64,000 nucleotides of DNA from a virus (IMGVR_UViG_3300042516_003452:1-64000); one strand, 5' to 3'; positions 28,127 to 38,478 are shown, counted from the stretch's first letter. Numbers and translations are program-made. The notes: generated by a model not told the origin, from the letters alone.

Positions 28127-28918
28127 TCAGCTAACGGTGCGACCAAGCAGGTAGCCGTCGATATCCTCGTAGCCAGGTGCTTCATCGGGTTGGATGTAGC
28201 ACACTTCAACCACGAAGTAACCAGTGCGGCCAGCGTTGGAGTCATCGTTGGAGATGTACCAGCCACCGGAAGTGGAGGTAGCGGTCTGCGAACCACGGGC
28301 CTGCACGGTGTAGGTAGTGGCAGCAGTCACTACCTTGTACACCTTATCCACACCAACACCTGCGGCGCCGGTAGCGGTGAGAAGAGCGTTGGCGCTGTAA
28401 GCAGCAGAACCACCAGCAAAGAAGATTTCGCCGCCTTGTGCACCAGCAGTGGTGGAGGTCAGGTTGGCTTGGGCCACAGCCTCACCAGCGGTACCGGTCG
28501 AGGTCAGACCAGGACCGAAGGTAACCACGTTACCGGTGGCAGCGTAGATACCAGAGGCCACACGACCGTCACCCCAGCCAGAAGCCACGGAGATGGTTGC
28601 GCGGTACACATAAGCAGGGACGGTAGCGTTACCAGAGATCACCATGCCGGTGATGTCGGTACGGGTGTCGTCATTCCGATAAGGGGAAGGAACGATCACG
28701 CTGCCAGAAGCAACTGCACCAGCACCAGACGTGGCGGTCACGGGGACATAACCACGCTGCTGGAAGTAGCGATAGCCGGGGACGGCCAGCACCGAAGTGG
28801 GGCCGCCCTTGGAGGCGTTGTTGCTACCGTCATCGTTGGTATCAATGTTCTTGTACCAACCGTTCAGAGGCTCTGCCCAGTTACCTGGGTAGATCTTTTT
28901 AGCGGACAAATAGGTCAT
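28127..28918 (-). CDS. Minor capsid/decoration protein
   Basis: Directly follows MCP with the same strong codon bias. Confidence 0.6.
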   Translation of the reverse strand: MTYLSAKKIYPGNWAEPLNGWYKNIDTNDDGSNNASKGGPTSVLAVPGYRYFQQRGYVPVTATSGAGAVASGSVIVPSPYRNDDTRTDITGMVISGNATVPAYVYRATISVASGWGDGRVASGIYAATGNVVTFGPGLTSTGTAGEAVAQANLTSTTAGAQGGEIFFAGGSAAYSANALLTATGAAGVGVDKVYKVVTAATTYTVQARGSQTATSTSGGWYISNDDSNAGRTGYFVVEVCYIQPDEAPGYEDIDGYLLGRTVS

Positions 28919-28955
28919 TTATCTTTTCCTATGTTGTGGATTTATGGTTTGATTA

Positions 28956-30119
28956 TCAGACGGTGCCGTCGTCCTGAACGAAGCTGAAGGCGGTGGTCAC
29001 GAAGTCCTTGTTCAGGATTTCGAAGCCAGCGTACAGTTGCCAGATCAGGATGATGAAACGGCTGAAGTCATCGTTGTTGTTAATGAGCACCTGAGCGTTA
29101 GGACCGCCGATACCCACGCCAACGGACTGAGGACCGAAGAAATAACCCTGAGCCACTTCCTTAGAAGCGTAGGTGGAACCGCCATCGAAGGAGGCAGTCA
29201 CGTTCTTGATCGGGAAGTTGGTCGATTCGAAGAACTTCACACCTTCAAACTGGACGCCAGTAGGCATCACGGGCTCACCAGCCAGGAAGTAGCCCTGACC
29301 AGCTTGGGGACCCATGTAGAAGCTGGCGTTGTTAGGCATCATGGGGTTGCCCATGTACATGCCTTGGCCAGGGTTGCCGCTGTAGCGAGCAATCTCACGG
29401 AAGTCAGGATCACGACGCAGGTGCATCATGAAAGTAGGATCGCAGATGCAGCGATATAGACCATCAGCGAAGGTCGGCACGTTGCGCTTACGCAGATCCT
29501 TAACAACGGTCAGCAGGTCGGTACGAACCTGGAACTGCTGAACTTCGTTGCCGTACTCAGTGGTGGTATAGGACACACGACCAGAGGAATCCTTGGTCTT
29601 GCCACCAGCGAAGTAGTAACCGCCTTGGGTGGTACCAGCAGCACCGTTAGCTTCTGCTTTGGCAAGTTCGTCAATGAAGACGCGGTCACGCCAACGGCGA
29701 TAGTCGTCGAGCAGGGTCAGGCTGCCGATCGACTGGTGGAACATGTTCAGGTTACCGGTGTCCAGCAGCAGGCGCTGGGCGGTAATCAGAGTTTCACGAG
29801 CGATCTTGAAGGTCGAAGGCTGGGTGGGGTCGCCCGGATCCGCAGGACCGGTGTACTCCTTAAGCACCACCAAGACCTTCTCCTTGGTGATGTTACGGCT
29901 GTTGGCCGTACCGATGGTCTGGTCGGACACGCGCTCACGGCTGTCCTTAGTACCAGGGGTACCCCAGAACTTATAGCGGTCTAACTGAACGGTTTGACCA
30001 GGCTGACGGGTGAAGTCGTGGACCACCACAGGCTCCACTGCCATTTCGGCAATGTAAGCAGGGTGAGGACGGTAAAGTTCCGCACCCAGAATCTTTGGAA
30101 AGTCGTTATCAATGAACAC
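28956..30119 (-). CDS. Major capsid protein
   Basis: 387 aa, DFTRQPGQTVQL, after portal and scaffold, strong codon bias, GGAGG SD. Confidence 0.85.
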   Translation of the reverse strand: MFIDNDFPKILGAELYRPHPAYIAEMAVEPVVVHDFTRQPGQTVQLDRYKFWGTPGTKDSRERVSDQTIGTANSRNITKEKVLVVLKEYTGPADPGDPTQPSTFKIARETLITAQRLLLDTGNLNMFHQSIGSLTLLDDYRRWRDRVFIDELAKAEANGAAGTTQGGYYFAGGKTKDSSGRVSYTTTEYGNEVQQFQVRTDLLTVVKDLRKRNVPTFADGLYRCICDPTFMMHLRRDPDFREIARYSGNPGQGMYMGNPMMPNNASFYMGPQAGQGYFLAGEPVMPTGVQFEGVKFFESTNFPIKNVTASFDGGSTYASKEVAQGYFFGPQSVGVGIGGPNAQVLINNNDDFSRFIILIWQLYAGFEILNKDFVTTAFSFVQDDGTV

Positions 30120-30224
30120 TTTGTTTTATCCTCCAGTGTCGCAGGAAGTGTTTTTATCGGGTGAAAGATTCAGACATTGATATGTCTTATCTAACACAAA
30201 TTTTAGCAGTCGGTAATTTATTTA

Positions 30225-30806
30225 TTACACGTACTGCAAGGTGGGAGCTTTATAGCGAGCACCCATGGAATTGCTGGAGCCGTAAGACTCAGGATCAAGT
30301 GCAGGTTCTTGAGCAAAACCAGGAACACCAAGTGCGCCAGGAATCTGAGCAGCTGCAGCACCACCGATGCCAGCGGCTAAGGCAGAAGCTGGTACTAAGC
30401 CAGCAGCAATGCCTTTACCAACATTACGTTGGACGCCTTGGGTTGGGAAAGGAATCGCCGCAGAAATACCAGCATTTGGATCACCAAAGAGGCGAGTATC
30501 AACTGCAGAAGTAACATCGGCCGCAACATTAGCAGCTGCGCGACGTAAACCTTTTTCAGGTAGATCGCGGGCAACGTCACCGATCTTGTTGCCAAGACCA
30601 GTCACACCTTTTTGTGCTGCTGCAATCAACGCAGGATTGTACTTACCAGCAAGTGCGCGAGCACCAAGAAGACCTGCTGCACCACCGAGGGCGGCACCGC
30701 CACCCATCAGTGCAGCTTCTCCTGGCGTAGCTCCTTGTTGAGCGCCGTAAGCCGCCAGTCCTAAACCAGCGGCAATTGGCACACCATATTTAAGAGCGCC
30801 ACGCAT
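30225..30806 (-). CDS. Ala/Gly-rich hypothetical protein
   Basis: Between scaffold and MCP. Confidence 0.6.
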   Translation of the reverse strand: MRGALKYGVPIAAGLGLAAYGAQQGATPGEAALMGGGAALGGAAGLLGARALAGKYNPALIAAAQKGVTGLGNKIGDVARDLPEKGLRRAAANVAADVTSAVDTRLFGDPNAGISAAIPFPTQGVQRNVGKGIAAGLVPASALAAGIGGAAAAQIPGALGVPGFAQEPALDPESYGSSNSMGARYKAPTLQYV

Positions 30807-30810
30807 GGCC

Positions 30811-31779
30811 TCACTCCATCACAAAGAGTTTGTTAGCAACAACCTGAGGCTGAGCCTGATTCAGAATCCGCCATGCTTGCGAAGGATCGTAATCCATCTG
30901 TTGCTTGAAGGTACCCCAGAAGTTTTCAGGCTGCTGAGGAGCAGAAGCAGACGGAGGAGCCGGCATGTAGTTGGCGTTCGGATCTACTTGCTGGGTCGGG
31001 TAACCAGGGGTCACCAGTTCCTGCTCGTTTTCGTACACGGGGTACGGACCTTCGGGACCAAAGAACTGCAGCGTGTAATCGCTCAGAACATCAGGATTGG
31101 TCAGGATCTCGTTGTAAGCCTGATTCTCTTGACGCTCGTTCACAGCGAACTCAGCGTACTGTTCAATCAGACCTTTGGCTTCAGTGCCCCAGGTGACTGC
31201 GCTATCCAACATGTTCTCCAGTTGGAGAGCATAGTTATTTAGGATTGCGGGTGCTTCCAGGCCGTACGCGCTTACCACGTACTGGCTTTCCGGACTCCAC
31301 CCCAGCATTTCCGACACCTGCTCCAAGGAGAGATTGGAGGAAGTTGGGGAAGAGTTGAGCGAGGATGTCTGGTTGGCTTGCCAGGTCTGCGGAGCCGATT
31401 GTTGCGTAGGCTGGCCGCTGGCCAGGCCGTAATTGGCTGGACTGTACTGAGTCGTTTGAGAGGGTTGACCCTGGAACGGGGATTGAACTGGACTGCTCAG
31501 CAGGTTCACCACCTTGTTGAACGCCGATTCCCATGGATTGCTCGTCGGGGCTTCCGACTGGGATTGGGGGGCGTACTGAGTAGGGGCGGATTGGTAACTG
31601 GGGGCCGCCTGCGGGACGGCTTGGGGGTAGCTGGTACCCACTTGATACGCCACTGGAGCCGCTTGCGGGACCGGAGCTGCTTGGTAGCTGCTGGGTGCTG
31701 CCACCACGTAGCTGCTGGGAGCCACCGCTGCCGGAGTCGGGCTCGTCTGTGGGATCGATTGGACGGTAGCGTCCTGCAT
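30811..31779 (-). CDS. Putative capsid scaffolding protein
   Basis: P/Q/S-rich N-terminus, acidic helical C-terminus, AGGAG SD, position. Confidence 0.6.
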   Translation of the reverse strand: MQDATVQSIPQTSPTPAAVAPSSYVVAAPSSYQAAPVPQAAPVAYQVGTSYPQAVPQAAPSYQSAPTQYAPQSQSEAPTSNPWESAFNKVVNLLSSPVQSPFQGQPSQTTQYSPANYGLASGQPTQQSAPQTWQANQTSSLNSSPTSSNLSLEQVSEMLGWSPESQYVVSAYGLEAPAILNNYALQLENMLDSAVTWGTEAKGLIEQYAEFAVNERQENQAYNEILTNPDVLSDYTLQFFGPEGPYPVYENEQELVTPGYPTQQVDPNANYMPAPPSASAPQQPENFWGTFKQQMDYDPSQAWRILNQAQPQVVANKLFVME

Positions 31780-33526
31780 AACTCATCTCCTTTTGTAGAG
31801 CTTCTAAGGTGCGATACAGATATGGAGTTAAATCCAATCTTGGATCCGCAGCCATCGGTAGATCCGGTGCCTGCGGGTGGGGAGTTTGCATCATTCCCCC
31901 CACAAGGCGAGCGAACTGAGAGTATGCACCCTGTAATTCGTTCACCATCCTGAACGGGAACCCCGAGAGCATCGAGGCCCGTTCCTCATCCGTCTTAGAC
32001 GGGAAGAGGTATTTCAGTGCTTCAATGCTATCAACACCTAACTCTTGCAAATTTCTTACAACAATTGAGTTGTTGAGCACGTCTTGGGTTGAATCCTCAT
32101 AAACAGGACCTAACCAACGCCACTGAACGGTGACATCACCATCAGGAATGAGACCAGTAACCCCAGGTGGAATCATCTGGGTCTCAATTAACGCCATCAT
32201 AAGCTTTTTGAGCTGGTCGTTATAAGCCTGAAGAGCTTCCTGATAACCTTGCTCAGCTTCTGGTGGTGCACCAGGAGGCAGAGGTACTGGCTTCTCAATA
32301 CCAGCAGCCGCTGCAAGTGTGGACCGGAAGAGTTGTTCTTCTTGATAAATAATCAGCTCAAGGCACCTACAGATGCCGTGGGTATAAATGGCATTTGCTT
32401 TTTTCTTAGATGTCGCAGCGACCCGCCCAAATAAGGATTTGTATTCAGTTGCAGTAACACCAGCAGAAATCGACAGCTCATCCACACCGCCAAGAGCAGT
32501 ACGAATTTCTTCGCGGTACTGGCGGGCAAAAGCATTTTGGTCACCTGTAATTGCATCAGGGACGATGTAACCAACACGGTCGTTTGGTTCCAGGTTTGCA
32601 ATAACGCGTGGAACACGAAGCTGACCATCAACACCACGGCTGACGGGATCAGCCTTAAACATCGACCGACTCATCGGCGATGGACTTGCAAAACCGGAGT
32701 TCGCTGCAATGGATGGCCGCTGGACCATACCATCGCCACCGGACTCAATTAGGTCAGTCTTGGGCCTGGAGGACAGCAGTGTTGGGTTGCCAAAGAATGT
32801 GATGTTCTTGCGAATGGTTCGCATTAAGTCATCATGGGTGACGATGTGATTCGCCATGGAATCAAACTCACCGACACCCTCAGACGAGAACCCTTGCGGA
32901 TTATTGAGAATCTCAACGCAAGGAATGAAGCCCAGGGAATTCTTGAGTTGTTTGGTATTTCCAGTTATGGAATACGTCGGCATGTCGAACGTCAGTTCGG
33001 ACTCCGAATGGGTTTCTTCAATTTCGTTCGCTTTAATCGATAGACGGATATAACGCTTAGCGCCAGGGTTATAAGTGGTTTGATTACCGGTCAGATTGGT
33101 AGTATTGATTTGATCACCAAAACCGTTACCTCTCTTGACCTTGTAACTGTAGATGATCACCACTTCATCCAGCTCACCATCAACGTTGTAGTACGCACGA
33201 TACTCGTGTTGACGGAAATAGTAGAGGCGGTAGTTGGATTTAGTTGGCCGGATGTAGAAAAGCCCCTGGCCATCACAAAGGAAATATTCCCAGATGGAGT
33301 CCAAGCGTGTATCCATCTTGTTGTACTTCAGTACACGGTCGACAAAGTCTTTGCGCTGTGCACCAAAGTTATCTTGGGCCGGGAAGAACTCAACACCCTG
33401 ACGAATACCAAAAAGCTTCATCTGGGCGATGTGAGCCGCCACAATGCCAGTATCAACAACGATGTTGCTATCTTTATCGAGATAGGCGTTGATGATTTCC
33501 TGAAGTCTGGCTTTGGCGTCGGCCAT
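31235..33526 (-). CDS. Portal protein with long low-complexity C-terminal tail
   Basis: Size, position between TerL and scaffold, GFIPCVEI.N, helical core. Confidence 0.75.
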   Translation of the reverse strand: MADAKARLQEIINAYLDKDSNIVVDTGIVAAHIAQMKLFGIRQGVEFFPAQDNFGAQRKDFVDRVLKYNKMDTRLDSIWEYFLCDGQGLFYIRPTKSNYRLYYFRQHEYRAYYNVDGELDEVVIIYSYKVKRGNGFGDQINTTNLTGNQTTYNPGAKRYIRLSIKANEIEETHSESELTFDMPTYSITGNTKQLKNSLGFIPCVEILNNPQGFSSEGVGEFDSMANHIVTHDDLMRTIRKNITFFGNPTLLSSRPKTDLIESGGDGMVQRPSIAANSGFASPSPMSRSMFKADPVSRGVDGQLRVPRVIANLEPNDRVGYIVPDAITGDQNAFARQYREEIRTALGGVDELSISAGVTATEYKSLFGRVAATSKKKANAIYTHGICRCLELIIYQEEQLFRSTLAAAAGIEKPVPLPPGAPPEAEQGYQEALQAYNDQLKKLMMALIETQMIPPGVTGLIPDGDVTVQWRWLGPVYEDSTQDVLNNSIVVRNLQELGVDSIEALKYLFPSKTDEERASMLSGFPFRMVNELQGAYSQFARLVGGMMQTPHPQAPDLPMAADPRLDLTPYLYRTLEALQKEMSYAGRYRPIDPTDEPDSGSGGSQQLRGGSTQQLPSSSGPASGSSGVSSGYQLPPSRPAGGPQLPIRPYSVRPPIPVGSPDEQSMGIGVQQGGEPAEQSSSIPVPGSTLSNDSVQSSQLRPGQRPAYATIGSADLASQPDILAQLFPNFLQSLLGAGVGNAGVESGKPVRGKRVRPGSTRNPK

Positions 33527-33561
33527 TAACTATTTCCCCTTTCTTTTAATGGTAGCAGTTT

Positions 33562-34032
33562 TCAAGAAACAATCTTGTTCTGGAAACCTGCAGGAACTTG
33601 ACCAAACTGAGGCCCCATAAACATCTGGGCATTATCAACAAACATACCTGCGTTACCCATTGACTGCATGCCTCCCATAGCCATGGGAAGCTGTGGACCT
33701 GTACGACGAAGGAAGATTTCCTTCTCATTTGGATTATCAGTTCCCATCCCTTTGTTATAAATTTTCTGCTGACGGTTTTGCTGTTTATGGGCTTCACGAT
33801 TAATCTGTAATCCTTCGCCACCCATGAAATTGCCACCAGCAACACCAGAGCGAGGATCGTGAAGAATAAAACGATCGCGATCTTGGTCTTGACGGAATGG
33901 GCTGTAATCAGGATTTTGAAAATACCCAGGGCCAGGTTGAACGTTTAACTGTGCAGGATTAAAACGCACGGCCGCAGCAGGAATTTGACCTGGCGCACCT
34001 GGTACGTTTTGTTCTCCGTAATAACGAATCAT
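33562..34032 (-). CDS. Hypothetical protein
   Basis: TAAAAT 23 nt upstream. Confidence 0.55.
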   Translation of the reverse strand: MIRYYGEQNVPGAPGQIPAAAVRFNPAQLNVQPGPGYFQNPDYSPFRQDQDRDRFILHDPRSGVAGGNFMGGEGLQINREAHKQQNRQQKIYNKGMGTDNPNEKEIFLRRTGPQLPMAMGGMQSMGNAGMFVDNAQMFMGPQFGQVPAGFQNKIVS

Positions 34033-34073
34033 CTTTGGCTCACTGCAATCTTTCTATTTTACTGCGGTATCCT

Positions 34074-34292
34074 TTAACGCTTTTGTTTTGGTGCGGTCGA
34101 GAATTTACCTGGTGGCCTACGAGTCGCCATATAGTCAGATGGCTTTAATGGAGAAGGAACACGAGAGGAAGTGACTCGTCCCATCGTCTCAAATGGTTTC
34201 GTCGATATTTCCTGTTCTTGATCAGCAGGCATCATGATCATGATAGGAGCCGAATCAAATCCAGTACCAAAATAACGCCCTGCTAATTCCAT
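34074..34292 (-). CDS. Hypothetical protein
   Basis: TAAAAT 21 nt upstream. Confidence 0.5.
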   Translation of the reverse strand: MELAGRYFGTGFDSAPIMIMMPADQEQEISTKPFETMGRVTSSRVPSPLKPSDYMATRRPPGKFSTAPKQKR

Positions 34293-34316
34293 GCCTACTT
34301 CCTTGATCTTCTTATT

Positions 34317-34499
34317 TTAATCTTCTATAACTTCGTAGCCAGAGGGATCGTTTACCTTAGAGAGGACAATGCCTTCACCACGTACGTCCCAGTTAAGGAG
34401 ATCGCCTTCTAACCAGCCAAGGTCTTCGATTACTTCGTCTGGCAGGACGATAAACTGATCTCCGTTCTCGTCTTCTTGTACTTCAACGACGTAGGTCAT
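34317..34499 (-). CDS. AbrB/MazE-like small DNA-binding protein
   Basis: GDQFIVLPDEVIEDLGWLEGDLLNW. Confidence 0.7.
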   Translation of the reverse strand: MTYVVEVQEDENGDQFIVLPDEVIEDLGWLEGDLLNWDVRGEGIVLSKVNDPSGYEVIED

Positions 34500-34789
34500 T
34501 TGGACAAAATCTTTTCCATTAGCTTATCAAGCTTATTATTTATTTCGCGAAAATTATTGTGCATTTCTTGGATCTCTCTTAGGAAGTCAACCTTAAGAAC
34601 GTATTCCATCGGCATGCGATTAATTTGGTCTTCCAAAAGATCAATCCTGCGTTTTTGAGATCCGATGTAATCAAAGGCCTGCTGGACACGTTCCTGCTGC
34701 CTATCAAGTATTTTATTCGCTGCCCAGGAACCGCCTGTAACAGCAGATACAATGGCGGTTAAACCAATGGCTATGTATTCCGGACCCAC
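34496..34789 (-). CDS. N-terminal TM coiled-coil protein
   Basis: Hydrophobic N-terminus, EYVLKVDF, INNKLDKL. Confidence 0.6.
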   Translation of the reverse strand: MGPEYIAIGLTAIVSAVTGGSWAANKILDRQQERVQQAFDYIGSQKRRIDLLEDQINRMPMEYVLKVDFLREIQEMHNNFREINNKLDKLMEKILSK

Positions 34790-34821
34790 GAATCTGAATT
34801 ACTTTTCTTTTAATTCTAAAA

Positions 34822-36348
34822 TCAGTAATCAATTTGGAGCTGACCTTTTCTTGCCAGGCCGGTCACCAACCAAACCAAAGCATCAACGCAGTCGTCATGA
34901 CTGCTGACACCAAAGTTAGTCAGTTCTTCAAACATAGCCGTGAAGTTGCGGAACCGATTAAAAATGATCTTGCGGTCCTCGAACATTCCCATGATTCCAC
35001 GGAAACGTGCCAATTTATCGGAACGGAAACCTTTGACCGGATGCCAGATCAAGTTGTAAAGACTCTCGTTGTTTAAACAGACACGCTTAAAGTCAGCTTC
35101 TAAGGATGCCTGGTACTGGACTGCCTCACTCCAGATGTCACATGTTGAGTAAGTCGGGAAGTAATTGCCATTGTCGTCCTTACCAAGGATTGACCAGTCG
35201 TTGAGAAGTTCCTTAAGGGCATCCAATTTTTCCAGGTTGCCCATGACACGCAAGCGGCGGTAATCAATGATGTGTACTTGGTCTCCGATCCTCCCTCCCA
35301 GTACCATCACCGTGTAGTCATTCTTTTCTTTCGTACCCGCCGACAGGTCCACACCCACACCAAGCGCGTCAAATTCCGTAGCGATTTCCGCCTTAACAAT
35401 CAGCTCTGGTGCCAGGGACAGCTCATTCTGTCTGACAATCTGATTCATGTACTGGAACGAGAAGGCAATCGGTGCCTGCCTTTTCTTTTCCCGCAGGTAG
35501 TCAAGAGACCACATCTCCGGCCAGTAAGACTTTTCTTCCCCAGTCTTGGGATCGTTCAAGATGGCGGAAAGAACAATCTGCATCCAGTTGTTCTGCGGAT
35601 TGAAAGTCGTGGAATGAATGTCGTCATGCCGGAAGCGAGTTCCCAGGCAAATGGCACGACCGCCTTCAAACATGGTTGGTGCGATCACCGCGTTCCAGTT
35701 GTCCTGCATCTGCTTACGGATATCAGGGTTGGAGATGTCCGCTGCAGACTTGATGGCGTCATCGATGATCACCAGGTGTGAACGCTTGGAGGTCACCGAA
35801 CCTTTTAGACCAGCAGCGCAGAGTGTGAATTGTTCTTCACCAGTGGTGTCAATGCCTGCAAATTTGTGATCAATGGACCAGTACTCATTACTAGTAACGT
35901 TTTTGAGAAGGCGTACGGTAGGGAAGACTTCTTGATACCGCTTGCTTTCAATGATTCGTTTAATGGTTGCAGACTTGGAGCGTGCAATATCAACCGTGTA
36001 CGACAAGTAAAGAATTTGAAGTGGCTTCTTGGCCATGGTGTGTACACCAATAGCCCATGCAGTAAATAGACCAAGGATCGTGCTTTTAGCAGAACCCCGT
36101 GGTGCAAGAAGGTCAATGTTTGGACCAGCAATCTTCAATAGGCAGCTGCTGTCCTCTTGGGTAACAAAGTGCCGGTGCCACTCTTTGTGGTGTTCAGCCG
36201 GAGGTTTGTCAGCTACGTAGTCGCAAAAGAAACCAAAGTCATCCCTGGCTTGTTGAAGAGTTTCCAGGTTCTTTGGTGGACGGATCTGTTGCCTACGTGC
36301 AGCAGCTCGTGCGTTACGTCGGTATGCGAGATGCTGGTATGCAGGCAC
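34822..36348 (-). CDS. terL: Terminase large subunit
   Basis: APRGSAKST Walker A, LVIIDD Walker B, GVGVDL and HDDCVDA nuclease motifs. Confidence 0.93.
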   Translation of the reverse strand: MPAYQHLAYRRNARAAARRQQIRPPKNLETLQQARDDFGFFCDYVADKPPAEHHKEWHRHFVTQEDSSCLLKIAGPNIDLLAPRGSAKSTILGLFTAWAIGVHTMAKKPLQILYLSYTVDIARSKSATIKRIIESKRYQEVFPTVRLLKNVTSNEYWSIDHKFAGIDTTGEEQFTLCAAGLKGSVTSKRSHLVIIDDAIKSAADISNPDIRKQMQDNWNAVIAPTMFEGGRAICLGTRFRHDDIHSTTFNPQNNWMQIVLSAILNDPKTGEEKSYWPEMWSLDYLREKKRQAPIAFSFQYMNQIVRQNELSLAPELIVKAEIATEFDALGVGVDLSAGTKEKNDYTVMVLGGRIGDQVHIIDYRRLRVMGNLEKLDALKELLNDWSILGKDDNGNYFPTYSTCDIWSEAVQYQASLEADFKRVCLNNESLYNLIWHPVKGFRSDKLARFRGIMGMFEDRKIIFNRFRNFTAMFEELTNFGVSSHDDCVDALVWLVTGLARKGQLQIDY

Positions 36349-36381
36349 AATAATTGGTATTCACTATCAATGAATACTAAC

Positions 36382-36534
36382 CTACTTCTTTTTCTTTTGT
36401 TCTTGATATTTACGCGCTTTGTCGAGAGCCGCTTTGCGCTTGTCTTTGTCCGACATTTCGCTCCCGTCCTTGTTCTTCTCGCCCTTTTCCTTGAAGTGGG
36501 CGAGGAGTTGAGGTGGCATCTTGCTTTTGGACAT
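36382..36534 (-). CDS. Small Lys-rich protein (50 aa)
   Basis: MSKSKMPPQLLAHFKEK...KYQEQKKKK, manual translation. Confidence 0.55.
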   Translation of the reverse strand: MSKSKMPPQLLAHFKEKGEKNKDGSEMSDKDKRKAALDKARKYQEQKKKK

Positions 36535-36718
36535 CAGACCGGTTATTGCGAAGGGCGTTTAGAACTTCTGCTCCTTGCTGCGACTCTCCACCAATTGGTG
36601 CGCCTTGAAGTTGACGAGAACCAGAAAGACGATTCTTTTGCAGCTGCTGAACAATATTGATCATGCCGCCGGCAAGTCGTGCATCTGGCGCTGATTGTGC
36701 TTGGGGTGAAGGGTTCAT
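36410..36718 (-). CDS. Hypothetical protein overlapping the next gene
   Basis: 102-aa Q-rich ORF. Confidence 0.5.
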   Translation of the reverse strand: MNPSPQAQSAPDARLAGGMINIVQQLQKNRLSGSRQLQGAPIGGESQQGAEVLNALRNNRSDVQKQDATSTPRPLQGKGREEQGRERNVGQRQAQSGSRQSA

Positions 36719-36736
36719 TACCTAATTTAATTCAGC

Positions 36737-37273
36737 TTAACTTTCTTCAAATTGCATTTTAGCCCACACACTCATTGATGCCTCTTCCAGTGGAAGCTCA
36801 ATTGGGTCATCCTTAAAAATGGCCATCAATTCACGAATGGCACGGTCTGCACCAGCCATCAGCAAACCTTTACGATCACGGCTACCAGTGGCCGCCTCAA
36901 CCTGTGCAATCGTCCCACGAAGTTCTTTTTGCATGCCGGCAATGCGTGCTACGCCAGCATCCCGTTTAACAACACCGTTATCAACGTCATCCCTTAACTT
37001 ACGAATATCCTCTTGCATCTCCTCAATTTCATAGAGGAGTTTCTTGCGGTGATCAGGCTTTGGATAGTGGGACTTAACCCACTGCTCACATGGAATGATG
37101 CTACCTCTGTAACCAAGGAACCTGGCGTAAAGGTAACATTCAATTACTGAGAAATTATCAGCAGCAAATTGCGTGAACGATTCCTGCTCAGCGGATGTTA
37201 AGTTATCGACCCATTGGTCAAATAACTCAATATCGATAAGCTCGTTGGGCCTGGTTGTAGTCGCGGGCTTCAT
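36737..37273 (-). CDS. Putative terminase small subunit
   Basis: Helical protein of about 178 aa upstream of TerL; function inferred from position only. Confidence 0.45.
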   Translation of the reverse strand: MKPATTTRPNELIDIELFDQWVDNLTSAEQESFTQFAADNFSVIECYLYARFLGYRGSIIPCEQWVKSHYPKPDHRKKLLYEIEEMQEDIRKLRDDVDNGVVKRDAGVARIAGMQKELRGTIAQVEAATGSRDRKGLLMAGADRAIRELMAIFKDDPIELPLEEASMSVWAKMQFEES

Positions 37274-37484
37274 CACCCTGCTTGAACTGCTGCGCTTGTT
37301 CAGCAGAGGTTCTTTGTTCTGTGGCACCTTTACCAATCGTCTCACGTTCTTGTGTGCCGGCTTCTTCCATTTTTTTCTTGGAGAAACCGTAAGCAACCTC
37401 AGCTGCCTGTTTGTACTTATCTAGGTCAAACCAGTCATCAACATCTGTTTGACCAGCTGGTACGCTAGGGAGACTTGAAGTCAT
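37227..37484 (-). CDS. Small virion-associated protein
   Basis: DDWFDLDKYKQ motif. Confidence 0.55.
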   Translation of the reverse strand: MTSSLPSVPAGQTDVDDWFDLDKYKQAAEVAYGFSKKKMEEAGTQERETIGKGATEQRTSAEQAQQFKQGDEARDYNQAQRAYRY

Positions 37485-37501
37485 TGTTAAGTATACCTAA
37501 A

Positions 37502-37666
37502 TCAGAAGTTGCTCATCACGTTGGCGATACCAGCGGCAAACTGATCGCGGCGACCTTCCAATGACTCTTGACGCTTTTGGCGACCTTTGGAAGCCTCAAG
37601 CTTATCAAGCAGTTGCTGGAACTTGCTGATATCAAAATAATCGGTAGGAGAACTAGAGGTGGTCAT
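37502..37666 (-). CDS. Small protein (54 aa)
   Basis: MTTSSSPTDYFDISKFQQLLDKLEASK...; TAGAAT upstream. Confidence 0.55.
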   Translation of the reverse strand: MTTSSSPTDYFDISKFQQLLDKLEASKGRQKRQESLEGRRDQFAAGIANVMSNF

Positions 37667-37701
37667 TGTTTTCCGTTACTAATGTCCTTATTCTAAGAGT
37701 A

Positions 37702-38478
37702 TTAACCGAAGGCAGCGTTAATCAAATTGTACATGTTGCCAGCGAGTTGCATGCCGCCGATCTGCTTGTCGGCTTCACCACGGACGCGGATGCCTTCAAC
37801 GTTGTACTTACCAGTGGTCTCGGCTACATCGCGCTGAGCTTGTGCTTCGATACCAGCCACCCTCTCAAGACCTGCGTTAATGATGGGCTGCAGATCAAGC
37901 TTGCCTTTGACTTCGATGTTGGCTACTGCTTGGCGCCACTCGGATTCTTTATCTGCACCGTACTTGACTCCTTCCAGAGAACGCGCAGAACTAATATCAG
38001 TTCCTTTCAGCTCGTTGTCGGAGATGTACTTATCTGCTTCGCTACGAAGGCGAGCAGCTTCTGTAGTGGCACCAGCGCCGATAGTGGCTACTTGAACATC
38101 GTAGCCACCAACGATATTGGCCAGGCTTTCTTGAGCGGCTTGAATCCGCTCAAAATAACCACCGCCGCCTAAATCTTCTGCTGCATCCCCTCCACTCTTG
38201 TCAATGTTTTTATCTTTATTTTTATCTTTATCTTTATCTTTATCTTTGCCTTTGACTTTGCCTCCACTATCTCCTTTAACTTTATTTATGACACCAATTT
38301 TATCTTTAAAGTAATCCTTGGCATTTGGACCAAATTTTACATCGTCTTCTTTTTTGACATATTTGACAACAGCTTTTACTGGTTTATCCGGAAATCTGGA
38401 CTCAAACTTTTTAACTTCTTTGGCACTAACTTTTGAGCCAAAACTTTTTAACAGTTGAGTGGGTTTTTTTTTGGCCAT
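37702..38478 (-). CDS. Putative internal virion protein
   Basis: K/D-rich N-terminus, Ala-rich helical C-terminus. Confidence 0.55.
   Translation of the reverse strand: MAKKKPTQLLKSFGSKVSAKEVKKFESRFPDKPVKAVVKYVKKEDDVKFGPNAKDYFKDKIGVINKVKGDSGGKVKGKDKDKDKDKNKDKNIDKSGGDAAEDLGGGGYFERIQAAQESLANIVGGYDVQVATIGAGATTEAARLRSEADKYISDNELKGTDISSARSLEGVKYGADKESEWRQAVANIEVKGKLDLQPIINAGLERVAGIEAQAQRDVAETTGKYNVEGIRVRGEADKQIGGMQLAGNMYNLINAAFG

Noticed and set aside
28190-29984. Long + strand ORFs antisense to the capsid genes
   Set aside because: Shadow ORFs caused by strong codon bias; no motifs or initiation signals.
38207-38247. TTTATC tandem repeat
   Set aside because: Encodes a KD low-complexity run; no evidence of a regulatory role.
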